A DNA stretch of 64,000 nucleotides from Spirochaetia bacterium (GTDB taxonomy: Bacteria; Spirochaetota; Spirochaetia; SZUA-6; Bin103). The stretch is from NCBI GenBank assembly GCA_965203905.1, contig CBDBDQ010000005.1, positions 7,456,001 to 7,520,000 of the forward strand, in the 5' to 3' direction. The position numbers were made by a program, and so were the translations under genes. Positions 1 to 10,199 of this stretch are shown piece after piece. Under the pieces are notes generated by a model that was given only the letters and a program-made list of their open reading frames with translations, did no database searches and was not told the DNA's origin. Numbering within the stretch: position 1 is the stretch's first letter; every line of letters starts with the position of its first letter.

Positions 1-192
1 GAAGCGGCCGTGGAATGCCATTGCCTCCAGCATGTGGCTGAAGAATGGCACCGCGGTGTCGATACGGACGCTCCCGCGCCGATCCAACTCCACGGCCAGC
101 GTGATCCGGGTCTCCTTGGTGTTGCGCTCCAGGCGTGCGCTGCGCTCCGGGCAAGCGCCGCGCGGCTCGCCGGCTACCTCGCTCTGTGCCAT
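1..192 (-). CDS. hisB: Imidazoleglycerol-phosphate dehydratase, 5' part (runs off window start)
   Basis: Manual translation from ATG at 192, with GGAGGAG immediately upstream: MAQSEVAGEPRGACPERSARLERNTKETRITLAVELDRRGSVRIDTAVPFFSHMLEAMAFHGRF. The R-x-T-x-ET and PFFxHML..HG motifs are typical of HisB. Not in the ORF track. Confidence 0.9.
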   Translation of the reverse strand, partial: MAQSEVAGEPRGACPERSARLERNTKETRITLAVELDRRGSVRIDTAVPFFSHMLEAMAFHGRF

Positions 193-227
193 CTCCTCCG
201 CTGCTCCTTCCGTGGTTCGGGCGCCGG

Positions 228-1001
228 TCAGCCGACGCCCCCGTTGCCGGTGAGTCGTCCGACCACCGCCTCCACCTCCCGGTAGTGCACTTTATAATAC
301 GCGGGGTTGGCGATCAGCCGGACGCGAATCGGTGCCAACTCCGCCACCACTACCAGGTCGTGGGCGGCCAAGGTGCGCCCGGTCTCCACGATATCGACGA
401 TGAAGGGCGCCAGTCCCAACACCGGCGCCAGCTCCACCGAGCCACTGAGCCTGACCACCTCGACCGGAATCCCCCGGTCATGAAAGTAGGCACGCGCCTG
501 AGCGGGGTACTTGGTCGCTACCTTGACCCCGCCGGGCCGGTCGTAGGCGGGGGGCGCGCCGCGCGTGGTCACCAGACACATGCGACTGGCCCCGAACGGC
601 AGCGTCGCCAGGCGGTAGAAGCGGTGACGACTCTCGGCGATCAGGTCGTCGCCACAGATGCCCAGGCCCGCAATGCCGTGACCGACGTAGGTCGGCAGAT
701 CGTGATTCTTCACCAACAGAAAGCGCAGGCGGTACACCTGCTGCACGGCACCGTCATCCAGCAGCGGCTGGTAGATATCGAAGAAATCGAGCACCGGTGT
801 TTCCAGCGGCAGGTAGCCCCACCCGGTGAACAGCGAAAAGATGCGTCGCACCAGCTGGTGATGTACGTACGCGTCCTCCAGGTGCAGGCTCTCGGCGCCG
901 CGCGGCAACTGCAAGCCGCGAGCGGTAGCCCGCGCACCGGCATGCGGCAGCGTGCCACCGTGGCGCGAAGCACCACTTGAGAATGCGGGGATTGCGATCA
1001 T
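228..1001 (-). CDS. hisG: Chimeric HisZ N-terminus / short-form ATP phosphoribosyltransferase (HisG) lacking its N-terminus; possibly a pseudogene or assembly chimera
   Basis: Residues ~30-92 (LQLPRG...WGYLPLETPVLDFFDIY...VYRL) are HisZ/HisRS-like. The rest (FLLVKNHDLPTYV..GLGICG, VATKYP, LSGSVELAP, DIVETGRTL) is HisG-like, but the N-terminal ALPKGR segment is missing. Start uncertain. Confidence 0.75.
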   Translation of the reverse strand: MIAIPAFSSGASRHGGTLPHAGARATARGLQLPRGAESLHLEDAYVHHQLVRRIFSLFTGWGYLPLETPVLDFFDIYQPLLDDGAVQQVYRLRFLLVKNHDLPTYVGHGIAGLGICGDDLIAESRHRFYRLATLPFGASRMCLVTTRGAPPAYDRPGGVKVATKYPAQARAYFHDRGIPVEVVRLSGSVELAPVLGLAPFIVDIVETGRTLAAHDLVVVAELAPIRVRLIANPAYYKVHYREVEAVVGRLTGNGGVG

Positions 1002-1026
1002 GCGAGTTCGGGGGTGGCGCGCGGAT

Positions 1027-1536
1027 CTACCAGTGCTCGTATGCGACGATGTCGGAGAGCGACTTGCGGACTCGCGCAGGTGGTTCCTGGTCGGTGTACC
1101 CGAGCGCCAGCATGATCACCACGCGCATGGCGTGGGGAACACTGAGGAGGTCCTGGACCTCCTGCTCGTCGAACGTGGTCATGGCGCTCGAACCGATACC
1201 CTCATGGGTGGCCTGCAGCATCATGAAGGCGGTGGCAATGCTCAGATCCACCGGATGGGAGAGCTGACCATTCGGCATCCGATAATCGATATTCGTGGTA
1301 CAAATCGCTATGATGATCGGCGCCGTAGCGATTTGTTCTGCCCCGAACGCAGCATTTGCGAGCCGGTCACGGAGATTCGATCTGCTGACTACGATGAAGC
1401 GCCACTCCTGTCGATTCTTGGCCGACGGCGCCAGGCGCCCGGCGTGCAGAATACGCTCGAGAGGTTCGCGACCAATTTGACGTGGAAGGAAGCGCTTGGC
1501 ACTCCATCGTGCCGTTATCGCCGGAAGAATATCCAT
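1027..1536 (-). CDS. Nitroreductase family protein
   Basis: C-terminal 169 aa of ORF 1027..2775: MDILPAITARWSAKRF, AGRLAPSAKNRQEWRFIVV, MLQATHEGIGS, LALGY. Confidence 0.88.
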   Translation of the reverse strand: MDILPAITARWSAKRFLPRQIGREPLERILHAGRLAPSAKNRQEWRFIVVSRSNLRDRLANAAFGAEQIATAPIIIAICTTNIDYRMPNGQLSHPVDLSIATAFMMLQATHEGIGSSAMTTFDEQEVQDLLSVPHAMRVVIMLALGYTDQEPPARVRKSLSDIVAYEHW

Positions 1537-1581
1537 GGTGCGCACGGTAAGAGTCGAGTCCCGGCAGCATAGTCTATCCGA

Positions 1582-3876
1582 ATGCGCTGTGCAATAACGC
1601 CACGGTGCGCCGGCGCCGCGGTCGTGGTCTGCATTCTGATAGCGCTGACGCAGACCCTCGGCGCACAGCAGGCGCCGCAATCCGGGGACGCCGCCTGGCA
1701 CGCTGCATTCGACCGCGACATGGAGTACCTGTCCGCGCTCAAGCCGCGTGCGGAGGGCGCCAGCGCCGAGTTCCACGCCGCCGAGTACATCCAGCGCCGT
1801 CTTGCCGCGATGGGGCTGGCGCCGCAGTTGCGCATTCTGAACGACCCCCTCTCCGCCACCGTCGAGGCGGTCGTCCCGGGGGCACTCCCCGACTCGCTGC
1901 TGGTAGCGGTGCCGCTGGCACCGCCGGCACCGGCGCCCGGCGACCCGATCGCCGCCTGGCGGCGGCTGGGCGAGCCCACGGTCTCCGGCATCGCGCCAGC
2001 CGTGGCGCTCGGCTTCGCGCGCAGCCTGGCCGGCGCCTCGCGGCCACCACCCGTCACGGTGCGCTTCCTGTTCCTCGGAGCGGAGCACGGCGCCGCCGAG
2101 CAGGGATACCCCGTGGGCAGCCGCAAGTTCCTGCAGGAGTTCCAGGTGGGGGCGCCGGTAGCGGTGCTGTACCTGGATCTGCGCGGCATTCCCAGCCACC
2201 TGGTACCCTACGCGGGCGGCGCCGGCATCGCGTCTCCGCCGTGGCTCTATGACCGGGTGGTGGCCGCGCTGCAGGCGGCCGGCAGCCCGCTGCGCCTGAC
2301 CCGCGCCAACACCATCCATCTGGTGCGCCTCGGCCTGACCCCCCGATCGCTGCTGGCGCCGTTCCACCAGGCCGGTCTTCCGGGGCTGCTGCTGGCCGGC
2401 CAGTATCGGCCCCTCGACGACGCCGAGAGCCTGTTGTGGCCCGGCCGCATGCAGGAGTTCCTGGTGTTGCTGCTGGCGTCGTTCGGCGACGGGGTACCGG
2501 ATGACTGGGGTCGCCACTACCTGCTGTTCAACCGGCCGCGGGCGCCGCTGATCGTTACCGAGCCCGACTACGTGAGAGCGCTGATCGTCGTCCTCGGCCT
2601 GGCGATCACCTACCTCTTCGCCGTGTCGTCCCGGCTGCGTTTCTTCCTGGCTCCGTTGTGGCGCGACCTGTGGCGCATACCGCTGCTGGCTGCGGTCACC
2701 TTCGCCGCGATCAGTGCCGGCACGGTGGCGGTCGGGCTGCTGCCGATGCTGCGGGGCACGCCTACGCTGTGGCACGAGGCACCGCTACTGTTCGTGACGT
2801 TGAAAGTGGCGGTGGCTCTCCTGGCGGCTGCTGTGCTGCGTTACCTGGCTGCCGCGCGTTGGCTCCCGCAGCCTCGACGGCAGCCGGTCGCCAGATTCCA
2901 CTGGGCAGCTGCCGTGGTGTTGCTGTTTGCCCTCGGTGCCGGCGCGGCGACGCTCAACATCGCGCTGGCCTTCCCGCTGGTGTGGGCTCTCATGTGCGCT
3001 CTGCTGGCCACCACCTCCGCCAACCCCTGGATCAGGCTGCTCTGGATTGTGCCGGCGCCGTTGTGGATCGTCGCGCCGGCGCGTGGGCTGCTTACGTTGC
3101 CCGCGCTTCCGTTCGTGGAGCTGGTGCTGTTCGCGTCACCCGGAATCGACCTGCTGGCGACCGCGGCGGTGATGCCGTTCTGGCTGCTCTGGCGCGCCGC
3201 GGCAGGCGGCCTGCGGCGGAGCCGGAGAAGGCGTCCGGGCTACGGCCGGCGAGTGGCACTGCACGCGTGGACTGCCACCCTGGCGGCACTGGTCGTCGCC
3301 GGAGGCGCCCACGCACTTACCATGAACCTGTACGGCGACGACGGCCTGCAGCCGCTCGCCGCCAGGGCTTCCATCGATCTCGACACCGGCCGCAGCAATC
3401 TGCACCTGTCGAGCCCGGGGCCGATCGGAGCCGTGACCGTGAACCTGGCCGGGGAAGAGCGGACCGTGACCACGCGCGAGCAGGTGTTCACCATACCCAT
3501 GGCTACGGTAACCGGGCTGATGACGTTCACCGAGCGTTCGGAGACCTACCGCGACCGCCACAGCGTGACGTTGGATCTGGCGCCGTTGGGTCAGCCCCGT
3601 GAACTGCGCCTTACCCTGGAGTCGGACGACGCCTTCGCACTGCTCGATGCCAGCCACCGGTACTGGAAGCTGGACCAGGGCAGGTACTGCCTGCTGGTAG
3701 GGCTGGGCCCGCCCAATCCGCTGCCGGTGCAGCTTACCGTACCCCGCGACCTGAAGCTGGTGCTGCGTTTCGACTGGGTGTATGACCAGCCGCCGGTGCC
3801 GATCACCGTGCGGGGGGACGACAGGATGGTGGTCACTTCCACCCGCGTGACCGGCTCCATTCCCATCTCGAGTTGA
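1582..3876 (+). CDS. M28-peptidase-like fold membrane protein (probably degenerate active site)
   Basis: Signal peptide, PRAEGASAEFHAAEYI and FLFLGAEHG (M28-like), followed by multiple TM helices and a C-terminal soluble domain. Confidence 0.6.
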   Translation: MRCAITPRCAGAAVVVCILIALTQTLGAQQAPQSGDAAWHAAFDRDMEYLSALKPRAEGASAEFHAAEYIQRRLAAMGLAPQLRILNDPLSATVEAVVPGALPDSLLVAVPLAPPAPAPGDPIAAWRRLGEPTVSGIAPAVALGFARSLAGASRPPPVTVRFLFLGAEHGAAEQGYPVGSRKFLQEFQVGAPVAVLYLDLRGIPSHLVPYAGGAGIASPPWLYDRVVAALQAAGSPLRLTRANTIHLVRLGLTPRSLLAPFHQAGLPGLLLAGQYRPLDDAESLLWPGRMQEFLVLLLASFGDGVPDDWGRHYLLFNRPRAPLIVTEPDYVRALIVVLGLAITYLFAVSSRLRFFLAPLWRDLWRIPLLAAVTFAAISAGTVAVGLLPMLRGTPTLWHEAPLLFVTLKVAVALLAAAVLRYLAAARWLPQPRRQPVARFHWAAAVVLLFALGAGAATLNIALAFPLVWALMCALLATTSANPWIRLLWIVPAPLWIVAPARGLLTLPALPFVELVLFASPGIDLLATAAVMPFWLLWRAAAGGLRRSRRRRPGYGRRVALHAWTATLAALVVAGGAHALTMNLYGDDGLQPLAARASIDLDTGRSNLHLSSPGPIGAVTVNLAGEERTVTTREQVFTIPMATVTGLMTFTERSETYRDRHSVTLDLAPLGQPRELRLTLESDDAFALLDASHRYWKLDQGRYCLLVGLGPPNPLPVQLTVPRDLKLVLRFDWVYDQPPVPITVRGDDRMVVTSTRVTGSIPISS

Positions 3877-3878
3877 GC

Positions 3879-5108
3879 ATGACGCCGGCGGCGGCCATCC
3901 AGACGTTCCATCTCGACTTCGACGCGTTCTACGCGTCGGTAGAGCAGCGCGACAACCCGGAGCTGCGCGGCCGTCCGGTAGTGGTGGGGGCGGCCCCCGG
4001 CGGTCGCGGCGTCGTATCCGCGTGCTCCTATGAAGCGCGCGCCTTCGGCGTACACTCGGCGATGCCGGTGTCGGAGGCGGTGCGACGCTGTCCCGATGCG
4101 GTATTCCTGCCGGTACGCATGGCGCACTATGCTGCGGTGTCGCGGCAGGTCATGCGGCTGCTGGCTACATTCAGCCCCGTCGTGAGCCCCATCTCCATCG
4201 ACGAGGCGTTCATGGAGGTCGCGGGGCTGGAACGCCTGTGGGGGCCGCCGCAGGAGCTTGCGGAGCGGATTCGCCGCGCGGTGCGCGAGCGCTGGCAACT
4301 CACGATTTCCATCGGCGGCGCCGCCACCCGCTACTTCGCCAAGCTGGCTTCGGCGCGCAGCAAACCGGACGGTGTGTTGCTCGTGCCTCCGGGCAGCGAA
4401 CGCAGCTTCCTGGCCCGGCTCGAGGTGCGTGAACTGTGGGGCATCGGTGCAACGTCCGAACGGCGGCTGGCACGCCACGGCTTGACCAGGGTCGAGCAGC
4501 TCCTGCGGCTGGACCGGGCCACGGCCGCGGCGCTGGTAGGGGAGGGGCTGAGCCGCTACCTGCTCGCCATCTGCGCCGGCGACGATCCCGGACCGTTCGC
4601 GCCCCAACGGCGCAGCCACTCGTTGAGCAGCGAGACCACGTTTCCCGCGGATACCGCCGATCGCGTGGTACTTGAGCGCACCCTGCTGCGGCTGGCCCAT
4701 CGCCTCATGGAGCGCATGTTCGCCGGTGCGTGGGAGGCCAACACCGTGGTGCTCAAGGTACGCGACCACCGCTTTCGCACCAGCACGGTGCGGCGGAGTC
4801 TGAATCGCCCGGTGGCTTCCGCCCAGGAGACCTTCGAGGTGGCACGTCAGCTTCTGCAACAGCGCTGGGATGGGCGGCGGCCGCTGCGACTGCTCGGCAT
4901 CGGTTTCGCCCACGCGGCAAGGCACGAATACACTCAGGGAGAGCTGTTCGACTCGAAGGCGCAACGAATCCGCCAGGTGGAAGAGACGGTAGCCCGGCTC
5001 CGCACGGGCAGCCGGGGCCCCTCGATCACGAAGGCGAGTCTGCTCGGCACCCGCTCGCTGCGGCCCGGTGCCGGCGACGCGCGGCCTCCGGGCGCCATGC
5101 CGGAATAG
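3879..5108 (+). CDS. dinB: DNA polymerase IV
   Basis: HLDFDAFYASVE, SACSYEARAFGVHSAMP, SIDEAF, AKLASARSKPDG, LRLLGIG. Confidence 0.95.
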   Translation: MTPAAAIQTFHLDFDAFYASVEQRDNPELRGRPVVVGAAPGGRGVVSACSYEARAFGVHSAMPVSEAVRRCPDAVFLPVRMAHYAAVSRQVMRLLATFSPVVSPISIDEAFMEVAGLERLWGPPQELAERIRRAVRERWQLTISIGGAATRYFAKLASARSKPDGVLLVPPGSERSFLARLEVRELWGIGATSERRLARHGLTRVEQLLRLDRATAAALVGEGLSRYLLAICAGDDPGPFAPQRRSHSLSSETTFPADTADRVVLERTLLRLAHRLMERMFAGAWEANTVVLKVRDHRFRTSTVRRSLNRPVASAQETFEVARQLLQQRWDGRRPLRLLGIGFAHAARHEYTQGELFDSKAQRIRQVEETVARLRTGSRGPSITKASLLGTRSLRPGAGDARPPGAMPE

Positions 5109-5134
5109 CGCAGGGGGGTCGGCCCGGCAGAGAG

Positions 5135-5926
5135 CTAACCGCCTGCGCTGCGCACCTCGGAGATGTAGCTGCCGTCCATACCGTCGACCCTCTGCACCCA
5201 GGCGAGAAACTTCTCAGCTTCCACCCGACTGGCGTAGGGGCCAACCCGGACGCGGAAGAATACCGCGGCTCCGGAGGTGCGGGTGGTGACGCGGCTGACG
5301 ATGCCCTGGTCGCTGAGCCGCTGGCCGAGAGCGTCGGCGCGGCTGCGACTGGCGAAGCTTCCGACCTGTACCCAGAATTCGCGCAACGGCGCCGCCGGAG
5401 TGAGCTTCGCCAGCGGGGCCGCGCGCACGGTCGCCGGTCGGGTGGACGAGGCGGTCGTGGCGGACGCATCATCGCCGGCGGCCGGGGCCGCGGGGGTTCG
5501 GGCGCCGCTGGTGGGGATCGCCCGTACCGCCGGCGTCGTGGCGGGAGCGGCGGGGGCCTGCATATCCACCGTTACCCGGGGGATCGGCTGTCGCGCCGGG
5601 GCGGCCGCCGCCGCGTCATCCGCGGCGCCCGTGGGGCGGACCTCGGTGCCGGTCGTGGCGCCGTCAACCCCCTGACCGGTGAGGGTGCCCTGGTCAGCGC
5701 CCGCGAGCGCGCCTGCGCCAGGGGTGTCGCGCCCCTCCTGCATGGACACCGAGTGCGCGGCCACATACTGGAACGCCGCGCTCCCGTCCCGCATGCGCGG
5801 CAGTGCAAGGTCGTTGCGTGCGCTCGAGTCCACCGGACTCAACCAGTAGAGTCCCCCGGTCAGGACCACGACCAACAGGAGGCCGACTCCTCCCATCACC
5901 CACCAGAGTCGATTTCGTGAATCCAT
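5135..5926 (-). CDS. SPOR domain-containing membrane-anchored protein
   Basis: N-terminal TM helix, Ala/Pro/Thr-rich linker, C-terminal FWVQVGSFASRSRA...FRVRVGPYASRVEA. Confidence 0.88.
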   Translation of the reverse strand: MDSRNRLWWVMGGVGLLLVVVLTGGLYWLSPVDSSARNDLALPRMRDGSAAFQYVAAHSVSMQEGRDTPGAGALAGADQGTLTGQGVDGATTGTEVRPTGAADDAAAAAPARQPIPRVTVDMQAPAAPATTPAVRAIPTSGARTPAAPAAGDDASATTASSTRPATVRAAPLAKLTPAAPLREFWVQVGSFASRSRADALGQRLSDQGIVSRVTTRTSGAAVFFRVRVGPYASRVEAEKFLAWVQRVDGMDGSYISEVRSAGG

Positions 5927-6030
5927 GTGGTACCCCCTGCCGCAGCATGGTTTCCGTACCCTTCAGTATCGACCCGGCGGCGGCGCTACTTGACAACGGG
6001 CGGTTGCCATCGCAGCCCCGAACACCCCGC

Positions 6031-7539
6031 TCAGCCGGCAGCAAACGCAGCGCTCAAGTGCTTCCGTTCGCCAACGGGGAATTCCACCCCGGTGAACAGG
6101 CGGAACTGCTCGTAGGCCTGGCCCAGCAGCATCTCCCCGCCGGTGACGACCTGGCAGCCGGCCTGTCGCGCACGCTGAATCAGCGGCGTGTTCGGGGGCG
6201 TATAGACGATGTCGTATACGATTTCGTGTCCGCCGAGCGGGACCGCGGCGATGGGATCGTGGGCCGCGCCGGCATGCATCCCGACACTGGTGGCCTGCAC
6301 GATCAGGTCGCAGTAGCGGGCGACCTGCCGCGGCAGATCGGCGGCGGACAGCGCGACGAACGCGGCACCCATCTCGGAGGCGAGACGCTGCGCCCGTTGC
6401 GGATTGCGGTTGGCGACGAGCACCTCCACTCCCGCTCCGCGCAGCGCCCACACGATCGCGCGGGCAGCACCACCGGCACCGACCACCGTGGCGCGACGCA
6501 CGCGCCCGGCCGCCAGCGCCGGCTGCAGTGGAGCCAGGAAGCCCGCGATGTCGGTGTTGTAGCCGGTCCATCCGCCCTGCTCCCATACCAGCGTATTGCA
6601 CGCACCCGCCCCGCGAACCGACGGGTCGGTCCGCGCCAGCAGGGACATCACCGTCTCCTTGTGGGGGATGGTCACCGACAGCCCACGGACCCCCAACGAC
6701 GGCGCCAGGCGCAGGAATTCGGCCGCCACGTCCACCCGGAACGGCACGTACACACCTGCAATCCCGACCGCGGCCAGACCCCGATTGTGCACCTCCGGCG
6801 ACCGGGAGTGGGCCACCGGGTTGCCGATGAGCCCGAATACCGGGGTATCCGCTCCCAGGGAGTGGAACCGGTAGCGGTGCTGCATGGTAAACGGATCGAG
6901 CTGTCCCGGTGCCGCATGGCTCAAACCCGCCGAACTGACCGAGGTAAAGGTCAACCAGGAACCGAGTCGCGCCGCCAGCAGCCGGCTCGGCAGGCCGTAG
7001 TCTCCCATGCCGAGAACGATGCGGGGCGCCGGCACGGCACGGGCGGCGGCCACGATGCGTCCCAGGTCGGCGACGCCGTGCGGCGTAACGGCCAGCTTGG
7101 GGATCTCCCGGGCACTGCGCGCCAACCCGCGCAGCAGCCCTTCCAGGTTGGCCGGCGTTGCCTCCAGATCGTGCAGCGAGCGAATCACCCGTGGGCCGCG
7201 CCGCGGAAGGGCTACCGCGCCGGTGGGAAGATCCGCCTCCAGGTCGAGGTAGCGGTAGGCGGCAGCCGCTGCCTTCCGCAGCAGCTTCCGACGCGTCGTT
7301 TCAGGTGCCGGCCAGCTCCCGCCGTCGCGGCGCCGGCGGATGGTACACAGCGCCGGCAGCGGACACTCCAGCGCGAAGCGCGCAATGCCCGCCCACTGCG
7401 ACGGGTGCAGCAGGTCCACCCGCAACTCGACCATGTCCACCAGGCCGTGGCAACGGCGCACCTGGGCCAGGTTCTCGGCCAACGTGGGTGCGGTCAGACA
7501 CAGGCACAGCAGCGGACGGTTCAGCAGCGGACGGTTCAC
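6031..7539 (-). CDS. aroE: Bifunctional type I 3-dehydroquinate dehydratase / shikimate dehydrogenase
   Basis: N-half VELRVD, CTIRRRRDGG, SLHD, IPKLA, APGQ (AroD). C-half GNPVAHSRSP, SVTIPHK, NTDIAG, GAGGAA, ATSVGM, DIVYTP (AroE). Start GTG 7539 or TTG 7548. Confidence 0.93.
   Translation of the reverse strand: MNRPLLNRPLLCLCLTAPTLAENLAQVRRCHGLVDMVELRVDLLHPSQWAGIARFALECPLPALCTIRRRRDGGSWPAPETTRRKLLRKAAAAAYRYLDLEADLPTGAVALPRRGPRVIRSLHDLEATPANLEGLLRGLARSAREIPKLAVTPHGVADLGRIVAAARAVPAPRIVLGMGDYGLPSRLLAARLGSWLTFTSVSSAGLSHAAPGQLDPFTMQHRYRFHSLGADTPVFGLIGNPVAHSRSPEVHNRGLAAVGIAGVYVPFRVDVAAEFLRLAPSLGVRGLSVTIPHKETVMSLLARTDPSVRGAGACNTLVWEQGGWTGYNTDIAGFLAPLQPALAAGRVRRATVVGAGGAARAIVWALRGAGVEVLVANRNPQRAQRLASEMGAAFVALSAADLPRQVARYCDLIVQATSVGMHAGAAHDPIAAVPLGGHEIVYDIVYTPPNTPLIQRARQAGCQVVTGGEMLLGQAYEQFRLFTGVEFPVGERKHLSAAFAAG
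7507..7536. repeat. Perfect 15-bp tandem duplication (CAGCAGCGGACGGTT x2)
   Basis: Read directly; encodes NRPLL-NRPLL at the AroDE N-terminus. Confidence 0.9.
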
Positions 7540-7600
7540 AGATGGCAAGGTTATTGCGGAGCGGCACCTCGGACCGCGCGCGGCTTCCTAACGCGGCGTG

Positions 7601-8944
7601 CTACCGCTCGGCCGGCGGCTCAACGTCAACCTCCTTGGGAGGTATGTACAGCTGCCAACCGGGAAAGATCAGGTCCGGATCCTGGATCAGCTTGCGATTC
7701 CGGTGCCAGATCTTGGGCCATAGCCACGCGTTCCCGTAGATGAAGTCGTACTCGGCGATACGCCACAGGGACTCACGGCGCTCGGGAATCAGGCGCACGG
7801 TATAGGTAGTCATGACTGCCAGCGCGGCGTAGGCGTCGCCGTAGCGCTGGGCCCGCTGGAAGTAGCCGGCCGCACGCCGGTAGTCGCCGCCATTGCGCTC
7901 GGCCACGCCGAGCTGCCACAGCTCCTTGGCCCGTTGCAGCAGAGCATGTTGCGGCACCTGCTCGACAGCGGTGTCAGCCATGCTCGGCGGCGAGGCGGCG
8001 TCCTCGCTCAGGAAGCGGTCACCTTCCCACGGCACCGGATCGACCACGATCTCCTCATCCGTGATGATGGTCAGCAAGGAGGCACTCTCCAGCTCGCTCA
8101 TGACCACGTGCATCAGCTCGTCGACCCGCTCACGCGTCATTTCAGCGCCCATCTCGACATCGGCCGCCCTGAGTGCCGTCCGCCCCGCCTCCCGCGCCGC
8201 TCCGAAATCACGCTCCGCGTCGTCCAGCACGTAGTGTTCGAGCAGCGCCATCTTGCCCTTCTCGTACAGCTCGTTCATGCGGGCGACCTGCATCGCGTCG
8301 GCTTCGGCGGCGGTATCCAGCCGGTCCTGAAGCATCTCGGTGGCACGCTTCAGCTCCAGCACCCGCGCAAGTTGCGCGGCGACCGTATCACGCAGGTTCT
8401 GCATCCCACGGATCACGGCAGCGGCGGCATCGGAGCCATCGGCCAGCAGACCGCTGTCGAACAGCTCCTTGACGCGTGCCACCTCGGCTTCCACGTCGGC
8501 GTACTCTTCAGGAGTGAAGCGATCGACCTGGTTGTCCTTGAGCTCCTGTACCAGGAGATCCATCGTCAGAACGAGCTGTCGGCGTGCCAGCCCCAACGAG
8601 TTCCGATAGGCCTCGTCGGCCTTGAGCCGGGCACGGGTAGCCGCGGCACCGGCACCCTCGGGATCGCTGCTCTGCAGCCGCTCGCCTTCCTCCAGGGCAG
8701 TGCGTGCCTCCCCGAGGACGAACGGATCGTAAGTCTCCGCGCCCGCCTCCGCGGCACGCGCGATCGCTACCCGCGCCTGCCGCAACGCCTCGACCACGGC
8801 TACCGTCTGGCCGCCGTCGGCGGTCTCGGACGGAACCGCCAGCAACTCGTCCGGGGAAGGCTCGGGGGTAGTCCTGCAGTACACGAGCGCCAGCGCGAAC
8901 AGAACTGCGGCTACCAGCCTGGCGCCCCTCAATCGATCCCCCAA
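7601..8944 (-). CDS. LysM peptidoglycan-binding lipoprotein
   Basis: Hydrophobic leader ending ALVYC, helical body, C-terminal YTVRL..RESLWRIA..IYGNAWLWPKIW..NRKLIQDPDLIFPGWQLYIP. Confidence 0.85.
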   Translation of the reverse strand: MGDRLRGARLVAAVLFALALVYCRTTPEPSPDELLAVPSETADGGQTVAVVEALRQARVAIARAAEAGAETYDPFVLGEARTALEEGERLQSSDPEGAGAAATRARLKADEAYRNSLGLARRQLVLTMDLLVQELKDNQVDRFTPEEYADVEAEVARVKELFDSGLLADGSDAAAAVIRGMQNLRDTVAAQLARVLELKRATEMLQDRLDTAAEADAMQVARMNELYEKGKMALLEHYVLDDAERDFGAAREAGRTALRAADVEMGAEMTRERVDELMHVVMSELESASLLTIITDEEIVVDPVPWEGDRFLSEDAASPPSMADTAVEQVPQHALLQRAKELWQLGVAERNGGDYRRAAGYFQRAQRYGDAYAALAVMTTYTVRLIPERRESLWRIAEYDFIYGNAWLWPKIWHRNRKLIQDPDLIFPGWQLYIPPKEVDVEPPAER

Positions 8945-8966
8945 TGCAAGCTACTCGCTACGCGCG

Positions 8967-10082
<1,116 letters not shown>

Positions 10083-10142
10083 ATTCTTGCCCCTCGCTCC
10101 GGCCACGCTGAAGCGTGCCTGACTATCCCATAGTATGCGCTC

Positions 10143-10171
10143 ACAGTAACGCAGCGGCGCCAAAGTGTCAA
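10143..10171 (-). promoter_or_regulatory. Sigma70-type promoter for the MalK-like gene
   Basis: Minus strand TTGACA-N17-TACTGT. Confidence 0.65.
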
Positions 10172-10199
10172 ACGGCCTGTGCCCGCGCCGCACTGCGGG

